Part shown: positions 38,198 to 51,449 of the stretch, piece after piece
Position numbering within the stretch: the first letter of the stretch is position 1
Layout of the letters: every line of letters starts with the position of its first letter
Assembly (NCBI RefSeq): GCF_001194135.2
Contig: NC_068992.1
Span: 33,192,366 to 33,256,365 of the forward strand
Reading direction: 5' to 3'
DNA: 64,000 nt
Source of the DNA: Octopus bimaculoides
Taxonomy: Eukaryota
Position numbers and translations under genes: made by a program
Notes under the pieces: generated by a model
The model's input: only the letters and a program-made list of their open reading frames with translations
Databases searched by the model: none
What the model was told of the DNA's origin: nothing

Positions 38198-39112
38198 CAA
38201 AGTGGTATCAAAATGCTCTCAGACTCTTTATGTTTAACAAGAAATAACTTATTTACATAAGTTTTAACATCATCGCCTTTGAAATAGTCACCTTTCACAG
38301 CAATACATTGGTCCCAGCGTTGTTTTCTCCACTTTTTGAATTTGGCTTGGTAGCTATTTTCCGCAAGTGAGTTGAGGACCTTCTGTAATTCGCTCTGGAT
38401 TTCAACAATGATGTTAAAATGGCAACCTTTGAGCTGTATTTTCATCTTAGGGAGGTGATGGAAGTGCACAGGGTCTAAATCTGGCCAATTGGATGGGTGT
38501 GGAAGCAATACTATGTTGTTCTGGGTGAGAAACCCGTGAGTGAGGACAGGGTGCTTTGTCATCATAAAAATCCAATTCTTCGCATTCCACAGATCTGGTT
38601 GCTTTCACTGAATGTCCTCCTTCAAACACTTCAAAGCATCGCAGTAGAACTCTTGATTGACAGTCTGGCCCTGGGGGGGGGTTGATTTCTTGATACAAAA
38701 TACCACATTTCTGAGAGTGACACTCATGGCAGATCTTCCAGATTGCTCATCATCTTCCAGGGACGGTCTTCCACTTTTTAAGTGCCTATGCCATTCAAAG
38801 CATTGCATACAACCCATTGCATCATCACTGAAAGCTTGCCAAAGCATGATCAATGTTGCTGTAGTAGATTTCTCAAGTTTAAAGCGAGCTTTCACATTGG
38901 CTCTTTGTGCCTGTCCATGACAAAATTGCAAACTACAGCATACACATGATTGCAAAAACACAAATTTCACAACTTACAAAGTAAACACAGTGATGTCATT
39001 TGGCACAGTGCCTCATGAAGGTCACTACTAGCTCTCACAGTGAATACAAGCATACGATTTCATCTGTTGTCACGCAGCAGAACTAGTTCAAGAACTTTTT
39101 GACATCACCTCT
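38198..39112 (-). mobile_element. Internally deleted mariner (915 bp)
   Basis: TA flanks and imperfect TIRs. QRANVKARFKLEK, CFEWHRHLKSGRPSLEDDEQSGR, TVNQEFYCDALKCL, LPHPSNWPDLDP and RWDQCIAVKGDYFKGD. Confidence 0.9.
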
Positions 39113-39486
39113 TAAAACAATGTAGTCTGTTTCATTCTGTATTCAAATTTGCTGCAGGAGTTTTTATTGTTCCTATGATAATGCAAACACACACACATGC
39201 ACACACACACACACACAAGCATATTTTAATTCCCTTGATTGTAAGTATCAGGTTTATAGGGAAAATGCCCAAAAATTATTACCCTAGTGATGGATGCATC
39301 CGATCAGGAAACGTTGACTGACTCTTTATTGCTTTTTATTACATAAAATCATGGAATAAATAAGTACCTATCCTTTAGCCATATCTATACATAAATTTTC
39401 TAGCAATGAAACATTGTAATGAACGTAAATTTATGAAAAGATAAAACATTAAATACATTATTATATAAACCTTGTTTAAGATTTTA

Positions 39487-39494
39487 TACATACA

Positions 39495-39557
<63 letters not shown>
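39487..39557. repeat. (TACA)n(TA)n microsatellite
   Basis: Directly visible. Confidence 0.95.
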
Positions 39558-39559
<2 letters not shown>

Positions 39560-40866
39560 TCATCAGATTCTTCATCATAAGATGAAAGAATCCCTTGATG
39601 TTAAGCTGCTTTATAAGAATCCAAGTTTTTGATCTCCCATCTGAATTGCTGTAAATTGATGTTTTAGGAGGCTAAATATGTTGATAGCTGCTTCAGCAAG
39701 GAAAAGATGAATGAGAAAAAAAAATTCTGATAGAGGATTCTAATTCTGAACAGGTTATGAAATTATAAATGGTCGATTTAACTAGCTGGTTGTCTGCACC
39801 AGATACTTTTATTTGAAGAACTGTTTGTAGTTATTGACCTTTCTTTGAGATACATTATTCTCTCAAAGAGAATTTGTTTAGATTTGAATTTGAATTTCAT
39901 ATTTTATTAGATATTAATTTAGAGTGTGAAGCTGAATTTTTACTTTTTTTTTAGATATAATATCAATAACAACATTAGCCACTGTCACCTCTACCATCTA
40001 TCTTTAGTTTATTGAAATTCTAATACCTTCTTCAAATAACTTCCTCCACCAACACATTTTGAAGTCAGTGCAGAATTTATTAATTTTATGTAAGCATAAA
40101 TATTTAGTTTAGCTCAAATATCATTCTAAGGTTATAACCATTAAAGTGAGAAGACGTAGGTTCTGACAATCTGATTGTATTGTATATATCTGCATAGGTA
40201 GTACTAATGACTAAAAAGTAAGTTACTCATGAATAGAGTGTCTGAGTGTACTTTAAAAAGAAACCACTTAAAAGGATTCAATTTTGTTACTCTCAGCTTT
40301 TATTATTTTCCTGATTTAAGTTATTTGATTGACTTTGGCCAAACTAGAGTGCCACTTTGAATGATTTTAATTAGTCACACCAATTTCAGTACATATTTTA
40401 GTCACATGATTAACTTGTCATGTACTGTTTATTAAAAGGTGATAGAGAAAATAAGTTTTTTTGCATAATTCAGTGATAAAGTGTTGTTGAAACAACCCAG
40501 AACTATTTGGATGTGAAGTGAGCTTCTTAACTGAATGGTTATGCCTTCACATACACATAAAATGAATTTTACTCTCAAACAACTTCATCTGGATATCTGC
40601 TCCAACTACATTGGTTTTATTACCAATACTGTTTCATCAGTGAAGAATGGCTTTTTAAATTTGGTGGTGCCTTATTTCAGACTCAAATATCTGGTAATCT
40701 CTCTCTTACTGTAGTTTGGTTTCAAATATCAACATAGATATTTCTTTAACTGGAATATCTTATTCTAGTTAAAGACATTGTAAGAAGTCTCTTGACCAGT
40801 CAAACTATGAGATATTTAGTCTCTTAATCCAAAACAGTATCATTGGTTAGATAGATGCCTACAACA

Positions 40867-41038
40867 TAGGTGCAGGAGTGGCTGTGTGGTTAGTAGCTTG
40901 CTTACCAACCACATGGTTCTGGGTTCAGTCCCACTGCGTGGCACCTTGGGCTAGTGTCTTCTACTATAGCCTTGGGGCCAACCAAAGCCTTGTGAGTGGA
41001 TTTGGTAGACGGAAACTGAAAGAAGCCCATGTTGTATG

Positions 41039-41091
<53 letters not shown>

Positions 41092-41374
41092 TTGTGTGTC
41101 AGTGTTTGTCCCCCCACCCCACCATCACTTGACAACCGATGCTGGTGTGTTTACGTCCCCGTAACTTAGCGGTTTGGCAAAAAGAGACCGATAGGATAAG
41201 TACTAGGCTTACAAAANNNNNNNNNNNNNNNNNNNNNNNNNNNNNNNNNNNNNNNNNNNNNNNNNNNNNNNNNNNNNNNNNNNNNNNNNNNNNNNNNNNN
41301 NNNNNNNNNNNNNNNNNNNNNNNNNNNNNNNNNNNNNNNNNNNNNNNNNNNNNNNNNNNNNNNNNNNNNNNNNN

Positions 41375-41425
<51 letters not shown>

Positions 41426-41604
41426 TTGTGTGTCAGTGTTTGTCCCCCCACCCCACCATCACTTGACAACCGATGCTGGTGTGTTTACGTCCCCGTAACT
41501 TAGCGGTTTGGCAAAAAGAGACCGATAGGATAAGTACTAGGCTTACAAAAGAATAAGTCCTAGGGCCGCAGTCAAATGACTGAAACAAGTAAAAGAGTAA
41601 AAGA
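40867..41604 (+). mobile_element. SINE family A copy (3' part duplicated across the gap)
   Basis: Head aggtgcaggagtggctgtgtggttagtagc..gggttcagtcccactg, internal (TA)n and tail gtcaaatgactgaaacaagtaaaaga. The segment before the gap recurs after 41375. Confidence 0.9.
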
Positions 41605-42594
41605 AAACAATTCTCTGAAGAATTTTGTATTTTAACTATTCAGCCTGTGAAACTTTGTAACTCTTTTTTCACTTTATTTTGTCAATAAATCTTGAATATA
41701 CAAAGAACTATTTCTTCACAGTAAGTGGAAACTTCATCAAACAGTACAACTAGCTACACAGCATTGATACCAATAAACCTGCAACATAAGGACATTTAAA
41801 AGTCCCTTCAACTTTGAAGAATCATGTGAATTAGTGCATAATTCTAGTTTCTTTGTGTTGGTACAAGTAAAATCTGCTTAGTGAATATTTTATTAACGAC
41901 CAGATTTGTGTTCAAAAGTTTAAGCATTGAGTGGACATCTTGTAGTGCACCTTTTTATGCTATGTATCATAGTACATTTAATTCTAAAGAACAAGTGCTA
42001 GAAATAATGGGGAAATCATTTGCAATAGACCAGCATTCTCTCCAGTGGGACATTTTTATTCTCACATTCATTTAATCTTACAGAAACTTAAATTGAAGAA
42101 TGATCCTGTGAAATCATCATGGAATTATGTGTAGAAGAAATCAATTTCTGCCTGCATGAGATCCAGAATGAGAAACATTCCCCGAACTGTGCTGTAGTTC
42201 AGATGTAAAACAAAATTGACATGCTCATATCTATTATATCCAATTTACCTGTTTATTTCCATAGCAATGCTTCATAAAATAATGGGATACAAATGAAATA
42301 TGATTAGTCATATTGATATCAATTGGAAAAATATTAGACATATATAGATATGAGAGATAAAAAGAATTATGCAAGACTGAATTATTTAAAATATATTACA
42401 TACATCCATGTTCTAGTTGTTGCAGAGGCATTAAGAATATTATGAGGTTAGCTGAATAATTACTGAAGTGAAAAACATATCTATAATACTGATTATTACT
42501 TAACCATTCCTCTTGATGTTTGATCAAAAAAATACCTAAAAAAAAATGGGTACCAAAAATATTCTGTTCTAAAATTTATTTGAATGGCTGATAG

Positions 42595-42710
42595 GGGAGA
42601 GAGAAAGAGAGAAGGGGAGAGAAAGAGAGAATGAGAGAGGGAGAGAGAGAAAAAGAGATGGGAGAGAGAATAAGTGAGAGAGTGAAAGAGAAGGAGAGAG
42701 AGACAGCCTC
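42595..42710. repeat. GA-rich purine tract
   Basis: Directly visible. Confidence 0.9.
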
Positions 42711-44184
42711 TATACAATTTCCCAACCTGCTAGGAATAGCAACCAATGCTCCTATAAATCATACATAGTAACAGGTATATGCCATGTCTGAATGAAGTGA
42801 ATAATTTTGACTTGAATGCCATTCATTATAGATGTACTACTATGAACCAATAAAAGAGCTGCACATTCATTCAGCATGCTGGAAAGAGAAGACAAAGATT
42901 CCTCATATCACTCTCAACTGTCTTTAATGGAAAAGTCAATGAATAGTATCTTACAAATGTTAAGCCTGATTTAAAAATGGAATGGTCGTAACTTGAATGA
43001 CTTTGATCATAAGTTCACTGGATCAGAGCTAACCTGGACTTAAACAACAGGACCAGTTATATAAACATGATAAACACAGAATTATGTAGCACCTAAATTC
43101 ATAACAAAATCCTTTAAGTATACTTATATTCAAATCTTGTAAAAAAAGGTTTTATCCATTTTGCCGTTAGACAAATCGAATAATATATACCAGAAATCTG
43201 TTCCATTCTTTTATATTATTATTCATAACAACAGCAGCAACAATAACAACAACAGCCATCATCATCACCATCATTATTTATTTTATAATAATAATATAAG
43301 AGAAAACTAATAAATATAGGAAGTTGTAGTAACATCTTCAACATCATAAATTTATAATGAAAGAATCTAAAAAAATAAATCTAGTTTGAACTAAGATTTG
43401 GAAATATGAAGTGGTACATTCCAGTACAACAACTTGAATCACTTTGAAAGGTAAAGTAAATAAAAAAAATAATAATGCAGAAAATAGTTGAGAATTTTTT
43501 ATTTTTTATGTTTCTTCAATTATAAAATTGCCATGAGTGGAATTATAAAATTTGTCAGCCATTCATTGGTTACTAATTATATATATGGATAGAAAACGTT
43601 CATCATGATAATTGCAATATTTATTAACAACATCCTTTCCTTCTCCTTCTCCTATTCTTCATTCTCCTCCTCCTTACAATCACTATTATTAGAAATATAC
43701 TCTCAACAAGGCAACAATAAAATTACCATTGCTGCTGTTACAGAGTACTTCTATATGCAAACCATACAGATAAGAACAACATTGGTGAGCCAATGAGAGC
43801 GGTTCTTTGCCCTGAATATAGCAGCTACATTTCCCTCAAATCATACCCTACTGTCATGAAATAAAAGGGGTACTTTGGATAATAAAAGACTGCATAGCCA
43901 TAGCTGGAATTCTTTTGAACATAGGTTTGAGAACAGGTCTGTTAACTTTGAGCTACATGGCAACAGCAACAACTACAACAATAACAGCAGCAACTTCACT
44001 TAATGTACTCTCTCACCTTGTACTCGGCTAGAGCCAGGAGGGAAGTTTTACCATCATATCAAACATTTATCTTGTTTTCACTCACTGAACTATTATTTCC
44101 ATTTTGTAATTCTTCATGCAATTCTTCATTTTATAATTCTTGGTTTGCTTTTGATGTTTTGTCCTTCAGCTTAGGTTGTGTCAG

Positions 44185-44530
44185 TAATGGTGGTGTTGGT
44201 GGCAGCAGTGATAGTGATGATGGGGATGCTGGTGACAGGGATCATGGTAATGTGGTGATGATAGAGCTAGTGAGGTGGGAGGGCAATGTTGATAGTGCGG
44301 TTGTAATGATGGTCATAATAGTGGGAGATGGTAGTGGTTGTGGTAGTTATGATGGTGCTGATAGTGGTAGTGATGGTGGTGATGTGATGATAAGGGTAGT
44401 TGTTGAAGGTGATGATGAAGTTTGATAATGATGATACTAATAACTGTAATGATAATGATGATAGTGGTAGTGGTGACAGAGTGATACCGTTAGCATTGTT
44501 GAATGTGGTGATGATGGTCTTGTTGCTACT
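44185..44530. repeat. Degenerate (GAT/GGT)n low-complexity tract
   Basis: Directly visible; explains the G/D/V-rich part of ORF 44003-44425. Confidence 0.85.
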
Positions 44531-45779
44531 GTTGTTGCAAGTATCTTTGAGCAGATAGATTTAACTAAGTTTATAACAACAAGCCAGCAGACCAAATGGA
44601 GCATTCAGTTAAAAACACTTCTAGAATATTCATTGTATCTTTACTGTCAGAGAATATCTTTCAAAAATACAGCACTTAATTGCATTTTTGAAATATGATA
44701 GAATGCATAAAGACTAATCAAGCATCCAACAAATTGAAAGTTCATTTACTGTCACCAGCACCATATTGTTTCTATGCCCAGAAGACGTAGAACTTAAGCA
44801 GACCAGTTCTATCTGTATGGATATATGAGAGAGTCAGAAGAGGTAGCCAGACTATATAAGTAGTTAAATAGCTCACACTATACACCTGCTTTTCTTTTCA
44901 GATTATCAGAAAACTCACAGGATCAACCAAACTAGTGTCATCTCAAGATCAATCGAACAGATACCGCTCATCAGAAAAATTCAATTAATTTGAACATCTA
45001 ATGTAAGACAGCTTCACTAGTTACAACCAAGGGAAGTTCTCTTGTCTTCTTGTCTTCTATCATATGTTAATCAGTAAAAAGTTTTATTTTGGTTACAACA
45101 TAATTAATTTTACACTAGTTTTAATTTTTTCCCCATCCTATAACAGTTTTTCTATTGTTGTATCGGCTGAATCTACTGTTTTTATCTCAAATCAAATTCC
45201 ATTTACTTTATTTTTACTTTTTTGTAAATTAGGAATTCTGTAGAAAATATCTTAAATTTAAAATATTTTTTATTGTATGTTTCAATAATTTTAGCAACTG
45301 ATTTCTCAAATATTTTATGTGTTCTATTTTTTTCCGTTCTTTTTATCATATAGTATGGAATGGGAAAGAAACCCTACATAATCTACCACCAAACCTATAT
45401 CTGAGGAGTAACTTCAGCTGTGTTCATATTATACATACACTACCATTAAATTTCTGTGCTATCATCCATCACTTTCCCAGATCATTCATTTTTAACATCA
45501 ATTACCTTCCCTTACCATTGCCCATTTCTGTAACTATCTATCATGTGATCCCTTCTCAGTGGTAAGCATGCAACTGCCAATTCTAGCTCACCTCCATTAG
45601 TTTACCAATCTCAGATCTCAACCATTCTGTCTTCTCATCACACCCTTCTCCCAATTGCACACTGTAGTCCTTCTATCATCACTCTCTGTTCTTTTATCAT
45701 TGTCATTCTGACTTAACTGGACAGCATCATTGTGGAGTTAAGAAGGCCTTTTAATCTTGTCAAGGGTCTGGTAACCTTT

Positions 45780-45981
45780 CAATGTTGGTGCTTTGATAAA
45801 GTGTACCCTGTATATACTCTGATAAAGTTAGTATGAAAAGGGGTAGAAAACCTTAGAAACTGTACTAAAAATCAGAATGTGTTCCCTTGACTTCTCAAGG
45901 AGTGTGGCGACTTTCAGTAAAACCTAGCTTTGACCACGACACCCTGCCATTAAAGAAAGCTGATATAATATAGCGATGATA

Positions 45982-46034
<53 letters not shown>
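45780..46034 (+). mobile_element. Old RTE-type 3' end with long (GAT)n tail
   Basis: Weak match to the RTE 3' terminus followed by (GAT)n at 45978-46034. Confidence 0.5.
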
Positions 46035-46035
<1 letters not shown>

Positions 46036-46319
46036 ACCTCCTATAAAGTAATATTAGGACAAATACTGAGTGTTGAATTTGGTAGGGAAGTACAGTAGAG
46101 ATGGCAAGAAGAAGCGTAGCATTTAGAATTGGCTGCAGCAGAGCTGGTACACAGCTTGCTTGTTCGGAAGAGAATACCACTGTAGTAATGGTAGAGAAGT
46201 CAGAGAAGATACAATACATTCATGAACGATTCTTTGTTGCAGATTGATCAGTATTTGCTAATTAATCAGATGCTCATATTTAGAATAGGTTGTTTACTCA
46301 ACTAAACAAACTAAACATG

Positions 46320-46480
46320 ATACATTGCCAATACTTGGACTGGAGATGTTGCCAACACACTTTGGGTTGAGAGTTGATCTGAAAGTAGCTGTTGGTAAGC
46401 AATTCCTGAAGCATGCAAAGCTTCAATAGTTGTTGGCCATTTTCACTTATGTAACCTCTATTTTACCAAATCAACCAAAT
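46320..46480 (-). mobile_element. RTE endonuclease fragment
   Basis: Minus strand ENGQQLLKLCMLQELLTNSYFQ...KVCWQHLQSKYW matches the NENG.RLL..C..TNT.F...W.HP.SK.W pattern. Confidence 0.65.
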
Positions 46481-47123
46481 TCTTGCTATGAAGTTGTAGA
46501 CAGTACCCATTCACAAATACATAACAGCATATTCATCACTATGCACTGACTTGAAATAGAATTAATATGCACATATTCCTAAACAAACAACAAACACAAA
46601 CACACACAGAAGAAATTTAAAAATATATTCAACTTCAAACAGATACATACATGTAATGCACAAATGGATGTCAACAAATACACATATGTTAAAGAGCAGC
46701 ACACACATACACATTGTAAACAAAATGCAAAGCATATAACACACACACATAACCACAAACACAAGACACAAAGTACAGATACTCATCACACGGCAAAAAC
46801 TGAAAAACATCCACACTCTAAATATAAAAACTATAAACAGAAAAGCCTGAACAACTTCCACATACAAACACATACATTCTCATGGATGCAGTCAATATGT
46901 TGTTTCCCTTAAAATCTACTGTATATGAAACAATTTGCTTTTTATTTTCTCCCATCAATATCATTTCTGTATGGTACAAAATTAATTGAAATGTATTCAA
47001 ATCTTTCATACTGTTTTTCTCTCACGATTTTATTTCTATTCCTTTTTTTTTTTTTCTTATTCCCTGTCTGATGAAGGACTTATGTCCAAAAACATTAAAT
47101 ACAAATTTATATTTCTTTGAGAA

Positions 47124-47176
<53 letters not shown>

Positions 47177-47258
47177 TTTATATGTGTGTGTGTGTGTGTG
47201 TATGTATATACACATATACAGATGCATGTACACACACACACACACACACATACTAATA

Positions 47259-48650
47259 CATTATTTAATGTTCATTGTCCATGCTGGAATGGGTAGGACA
47301 GTGTGATCAAAATTGGCAGGCCAGAGAGCTACACCAGGCTCCAGTCTAATTTGGCATGGTTTCTATGGCTGGATGCCCTTCCTAATACCAACCACTTTAC
47401 AGAGTGTGCTGGGTGCTTTTACATGGCACTGCATGGACACTTTTATGTGGCACCATACAAGTGATCTTAAGTGGAACCACATGGATGGTTTTACATGGCA
47501 CCTCACATGTGCTTTTACATGACACCACATGGGTACTTCTAGAATTGCCATAAGTGCTTTTTATGAGGCACTGGCACTGGACTCTTGCAGGCCAATCCTC
47601 TCCACCAGAGGAACCAAACTGGATCTTCTAGGGTACAGCGGGGCACCAGGCATCCTATTCTCTTGTTGTCTTGCCTAGAAGCATCCTTAGATCATTCTTC
47701 AGTTCCTCATCCCATGTCTTCCTGTGTCTTCCACTTCCACATGTTTCATCTACTTTGATAGATCAGCACTTCTTTTTGGAGCTGTCAGCATCCATCTGCA
47801 TCACATGATGAAACCAGTGCAGTCTTCTTTCTTGCACACAGCATCTAATTCCTCTTATGCCTAACTTTTCTATCAGTACCCCAGAACTCTGTCAAACATC
47901 TACACTTACATTACATATCCAGCAGAGCATACTATTCTCATTCCTCTCTAACCTTTGCATATCTTCTGCATTTAGGGCCTATGACTCGGTACCATGTAGA
48001 ATTGCTGTCTGTATATATGCATCATACAATCTTCCTTTTAAGCGAAGAGAGAAACTTTTCATAACCAACATAGGTGACACCTCTCTGGATGTCCTCCATC
48101 TTATTCTAGCAATCACACTCTCCATGCATCCTTTTCCACTACTAATTTCGTCCTCTAGGTAGCAGAAATTATCTCCTACCTTTAATGAGCTACCAGGGCA
48201 GTTGAGAGAATCAATTTCCTTTGTATGGATCTTGTGCGTCTTCCATATACAAACACTACCATCTCAGATAACCTTCCTATCAATTCACTGTCCCACTTGT
48301 GTGCCCATACTTTATACTGGATGCACCATATGGAGTTCCTCCCTACACATTTCTACAAATCAAACAGGGCCGCCTACCTGAAGGGGAGAGGATCCTGTTT
48401 ATTTCCTTGCTTACTGAGGTCTTAGCTTTTGCTAAAGTTAACATTAGATTCTAGGTTTTACTTCCACACCTGGAATTTGTCTTCTAGCTCTGATATGGAG
48501 TCTGCTATGAGGGCAAGATCATCAGCATATAGTAGAGGCCACAGGCTACCTGTCTTGAATTCCTCTGTTAAGGCCTGGAAGACAATGATGAAAAGGAGGG
48601 AACTAAGGAATAAGCCTTGATGAATACCTACCCGTACACCAGATATACCC
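47259..48650 (-). mobile_element. 5'-truncated RTE LINE (RT C-half, 3' UTR and tail)
   Basis: GIHQGLFLSSLLFIIVFQAL..LLYADDLALIA, RLYDAC, ERRLHWF and RKTWDE. The 3' UTR has short catgtggcac-type repeats and the conserved tail ccatgctgg..ggac. Confidence 0.92.
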
Positions 48651-48735
48651 ACACACACACATGTAGTGTAAGTTGTCTAAGAGACCATAATCAGAGAGAA
48701 GATGCACTCATATATCTATCAGTAGAGTAGGTATA

Positions 48736-48938
48736 TTGTCCAAATTTTATAGTATTAAATATCCACCATGGCTGATCTTACTAGTTGGTTTCACGTAAAG
48801 AATACAATGGAGTGTTAGGTATCTCTGATGAATCTAAAGTTATATAATCAGATTATTACCTAACACACCATTGAATTCTTTACATGAAACCAAGTGGTAA
48901 GATTGGCCATGATGGATATTTAATACTATAAAATTTAG

Positions 48939-48942
<4 letters not shown>
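48736..48942. mobile_element. ~207-bp hairpin MITE ending in (TA)n
   Basis: The left arm aaattttatagtattaaatatccaccatggctgatcttac..ggtttcacgtaaagaat..gtgttaggta pairs with its reverse complement on the right. TA flanks. Confidence 0.88.
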
Positions 48943-48974
<32 letters not shown>

Positions 48975-49500
48975 GTTAAATCTCTGAACGAGGTATTAAC
49001 AGTAACTGCACGATAAAGTGAAGTATATTTGCCACTTAAATGTGGCTGACCACGAGGGGTGGATGTTACTGTTGCTTTTAGCCCCAGGAGGACATCTCCT
49101 CCAGCTGGCTATCGACACACATCTGTGTCCTGTCTGTATTTGCCAAGGGAAGTTATCTTTCCCATCTTGATCTACGATAAGTACGTACTCGAGTTTCAGG
49201 GTTATTTCTCTTCTTCAGCGTACGACAATCGCCGACCTTCGATGTATATATATNNNNNNNNNNNNNNNNNNNNNNNNNNNNNNNNNNNNNNNNNNNNNNN
49301 NNNNNNNNNNNNNNNNNNNNNNNNNNNNNNNNNNNNNNNNNNNNNNNNNNNNNNNNNNNNNNNNNNNNNNNNNNNNNNNNNNNNNNNNNNNNNNNNNNNN
49401 NNNNNNNNNNNNNNNNNNNNNNNNNNNNNNNNNNNNNNNNNNNNNNNNNNNNNNNNNNNNNNNNNNNNNNNNNNNNNNNNNNNNNNNNNNNNNNNNNNNN

Positions 49501-49531
<31 letters not shown>

Positions 49532-49535
49532 TATG

Positions 49536-49985
49536 TAGGTGCAGATGTGGCTATGTGATAGGAAGCTTGCTTCCCAACCACTTGGTTCTGGATTCAGTCC
49601 CACTGCATGGCACCTTTGGCAAGTCTCTTCTACTATAACCTCAGACCAACCAAAGCCTTGTGAGAGGATTTGGTAGATGGAAACTGAAAGAAGCCCGTCA
49701 TATATATGTGTGTGTGTTTATGTATATATGTATGTATATATGTACGTATATATATTTGTGTGTTTGTGTCTGTTTGTCCCCCACCTTATCCCCACAATCA
49801 GTTGACCACCAATGTTGGCGTGTTTACATACCAATAACTTAGTGGTTGGGTAAAAGAGACTGATGGCATAAGTATTCAGCTTACAAGGAATAAGTCCTGG
49901 GTCAATTTGTTCGGTTAAAACCCCTTAAGGTGGTGCTCCAGCATGTCTCCAGTCAAATGACAGAAACATGTAAAAAAAATAAAGG
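49536..49985 (+). mobile_element. SINE family A copy
   Basis: Same head, core, internal microsatellite and tail as 40867-41604. Confidence 0.9.
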
Positions 49986-50044
49986 AATATGTTTATGGCT
50001 GGGAAGTAAAAATCTTGCTTCTCGACCACGAGGTTCTGTGAGAG

Positions 50045-50116
50045 TTTCCAGTATAAGGGAAGAGATTACTGGTATAAGAGAAGGGATTTCCGGTATGAGA
50101 GAAAGGATTTCTGGTA
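50045..50116 (+). repeat. 21-bp minisatellite, ~3.4 copies
   Basis: TTTCCAGTATAAGGGAAGAGA / TTACTGGTATAAGAGAAGGGA / TTTCCGGTATGAGAGAAAGGA / TTTCTGGTA. Confidence 0.9.
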
Positions 50117-50897
50117 ACAGCGATGTGGGCAGGAAATGTCTGTATATAATATAACACCCACACATTCATACACCCATACATATAGAAACAGGCATGACAA
50201 TGTAGTTTCAAAGTCTGTTGTGCACCTATGTGTTTTAGAGTTTTGTCCCACCACACATGCATTACAGCCAATAATTTTAGGGAAGATTTATACAACAATG
50301 TTTTCATTCAGGTGTAGGGATCAGGAAACCTGTACTTGCATGTTGTCTTTCATCTGGAGACTCTTGTATTCAGAAAGCAACCTTCCCAACACCACATGGA
50401 ATATCTTTGACAGAATGCTTCCTTACTTATAGTACATGTTTGACAATTGTCTCTGTGAAAATCTACATATGTACCAGCAGTCTGTAGTATCACACAAAAG
50501 GAAAACTGACCTTCTTTATAGTTGACACCAGAGATAGAACCTATTTATGAACTTCCTACCATTGCTTGATGATAACACAAAAATACCACTCTAGGTTTGT
50601 CGGTCTATGTACAATTGAAGGCTAAATAATCCTAACTACTCCTAATAAAATTATTACCTCTTCAAAGTATTGTAAAAGTGGCTTAGTGTCATTCAGCTGG
50701 TTACACAAACTGACATGTAACCTGACACCACCTTCTTTGTTACCTCATCAGGGGGTAACTGTTGTCATTGAAATATCACATCTCACAGAATGCTCACTAA
50801 TATCCAGTCTGCCAATCAAGTGAAGCATAATGAAAAATCTAGCTGAAGCACCCATGTGATATGAACTTACCAATGGAAGTCTCAATATTCTCACTCA

Positions 50898-51135
50898 AAG
50901 GAGCTGCAAGCTGGCAGAATCATTAGCATGCCGAACAAAATGCTTAGCGGTATTTCGTCTGCTGCTACATTCTGAGTTCAAATTTTGCCGAGGTCAACTT
51001 TGCCATTCATCCTTTCGGGGTCAATTAAATAAGTACCAGTAACGCACTGGGGTATCGATGTAATCTCTTTGCCTGTCTTTGTTTGTCCCCTCTATGTTTA
51101 GCCCCCTGTGGGTAATAAAGAAATAAAGAAATAAA
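50898..51135 (+). mobile_element. SINE family B copy with alternative tail ending (AAATAAAG)n
   Basis: Family B head and core, then ctttgcctgtctttgtttgtcccctctatgtttagcccc, as in the nested copy at 14.0 kb. Confidence 0.9.
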
Positions 51136-51413
51136 TATTATTAGTAAAAAGACGTTTTAAAATTTCTGTTCAATTGTTTCCACTCCATACAATTGGTAAT
51201 ATGTCTACAAAACTTTAGGTAATATTGAGCAAAGGGAAGTTGTTATTAAAACTCTGCATCTGTGTTTGTGTATGTATGTGTGAGTGAGTGTGTGTGATTG
51301 TATAAGAGTATGTATACTTTAATATATATACATATACACACACACACACACACATACACACACAGAGGAAACCTCTATTTGTCTGCACATACTTACTTGC
51401 ATGTTGGAAGTGT

Positions 51414-51449
<36 letters not shown>

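Noticed and set aside
41041-41547. Apparent tandem duplication of a SINE 3' half
   Set aside because: Identical sequence on both sides of an N-gap bordered by (TA)n; an assembly artefact.
46034-46219. Splice-bounded minus ORF, or Tc1 HTH-like plus-strand read
   Set aside because: The two interpretations conflict, it abuts an RTE fragment, and neither is supported.
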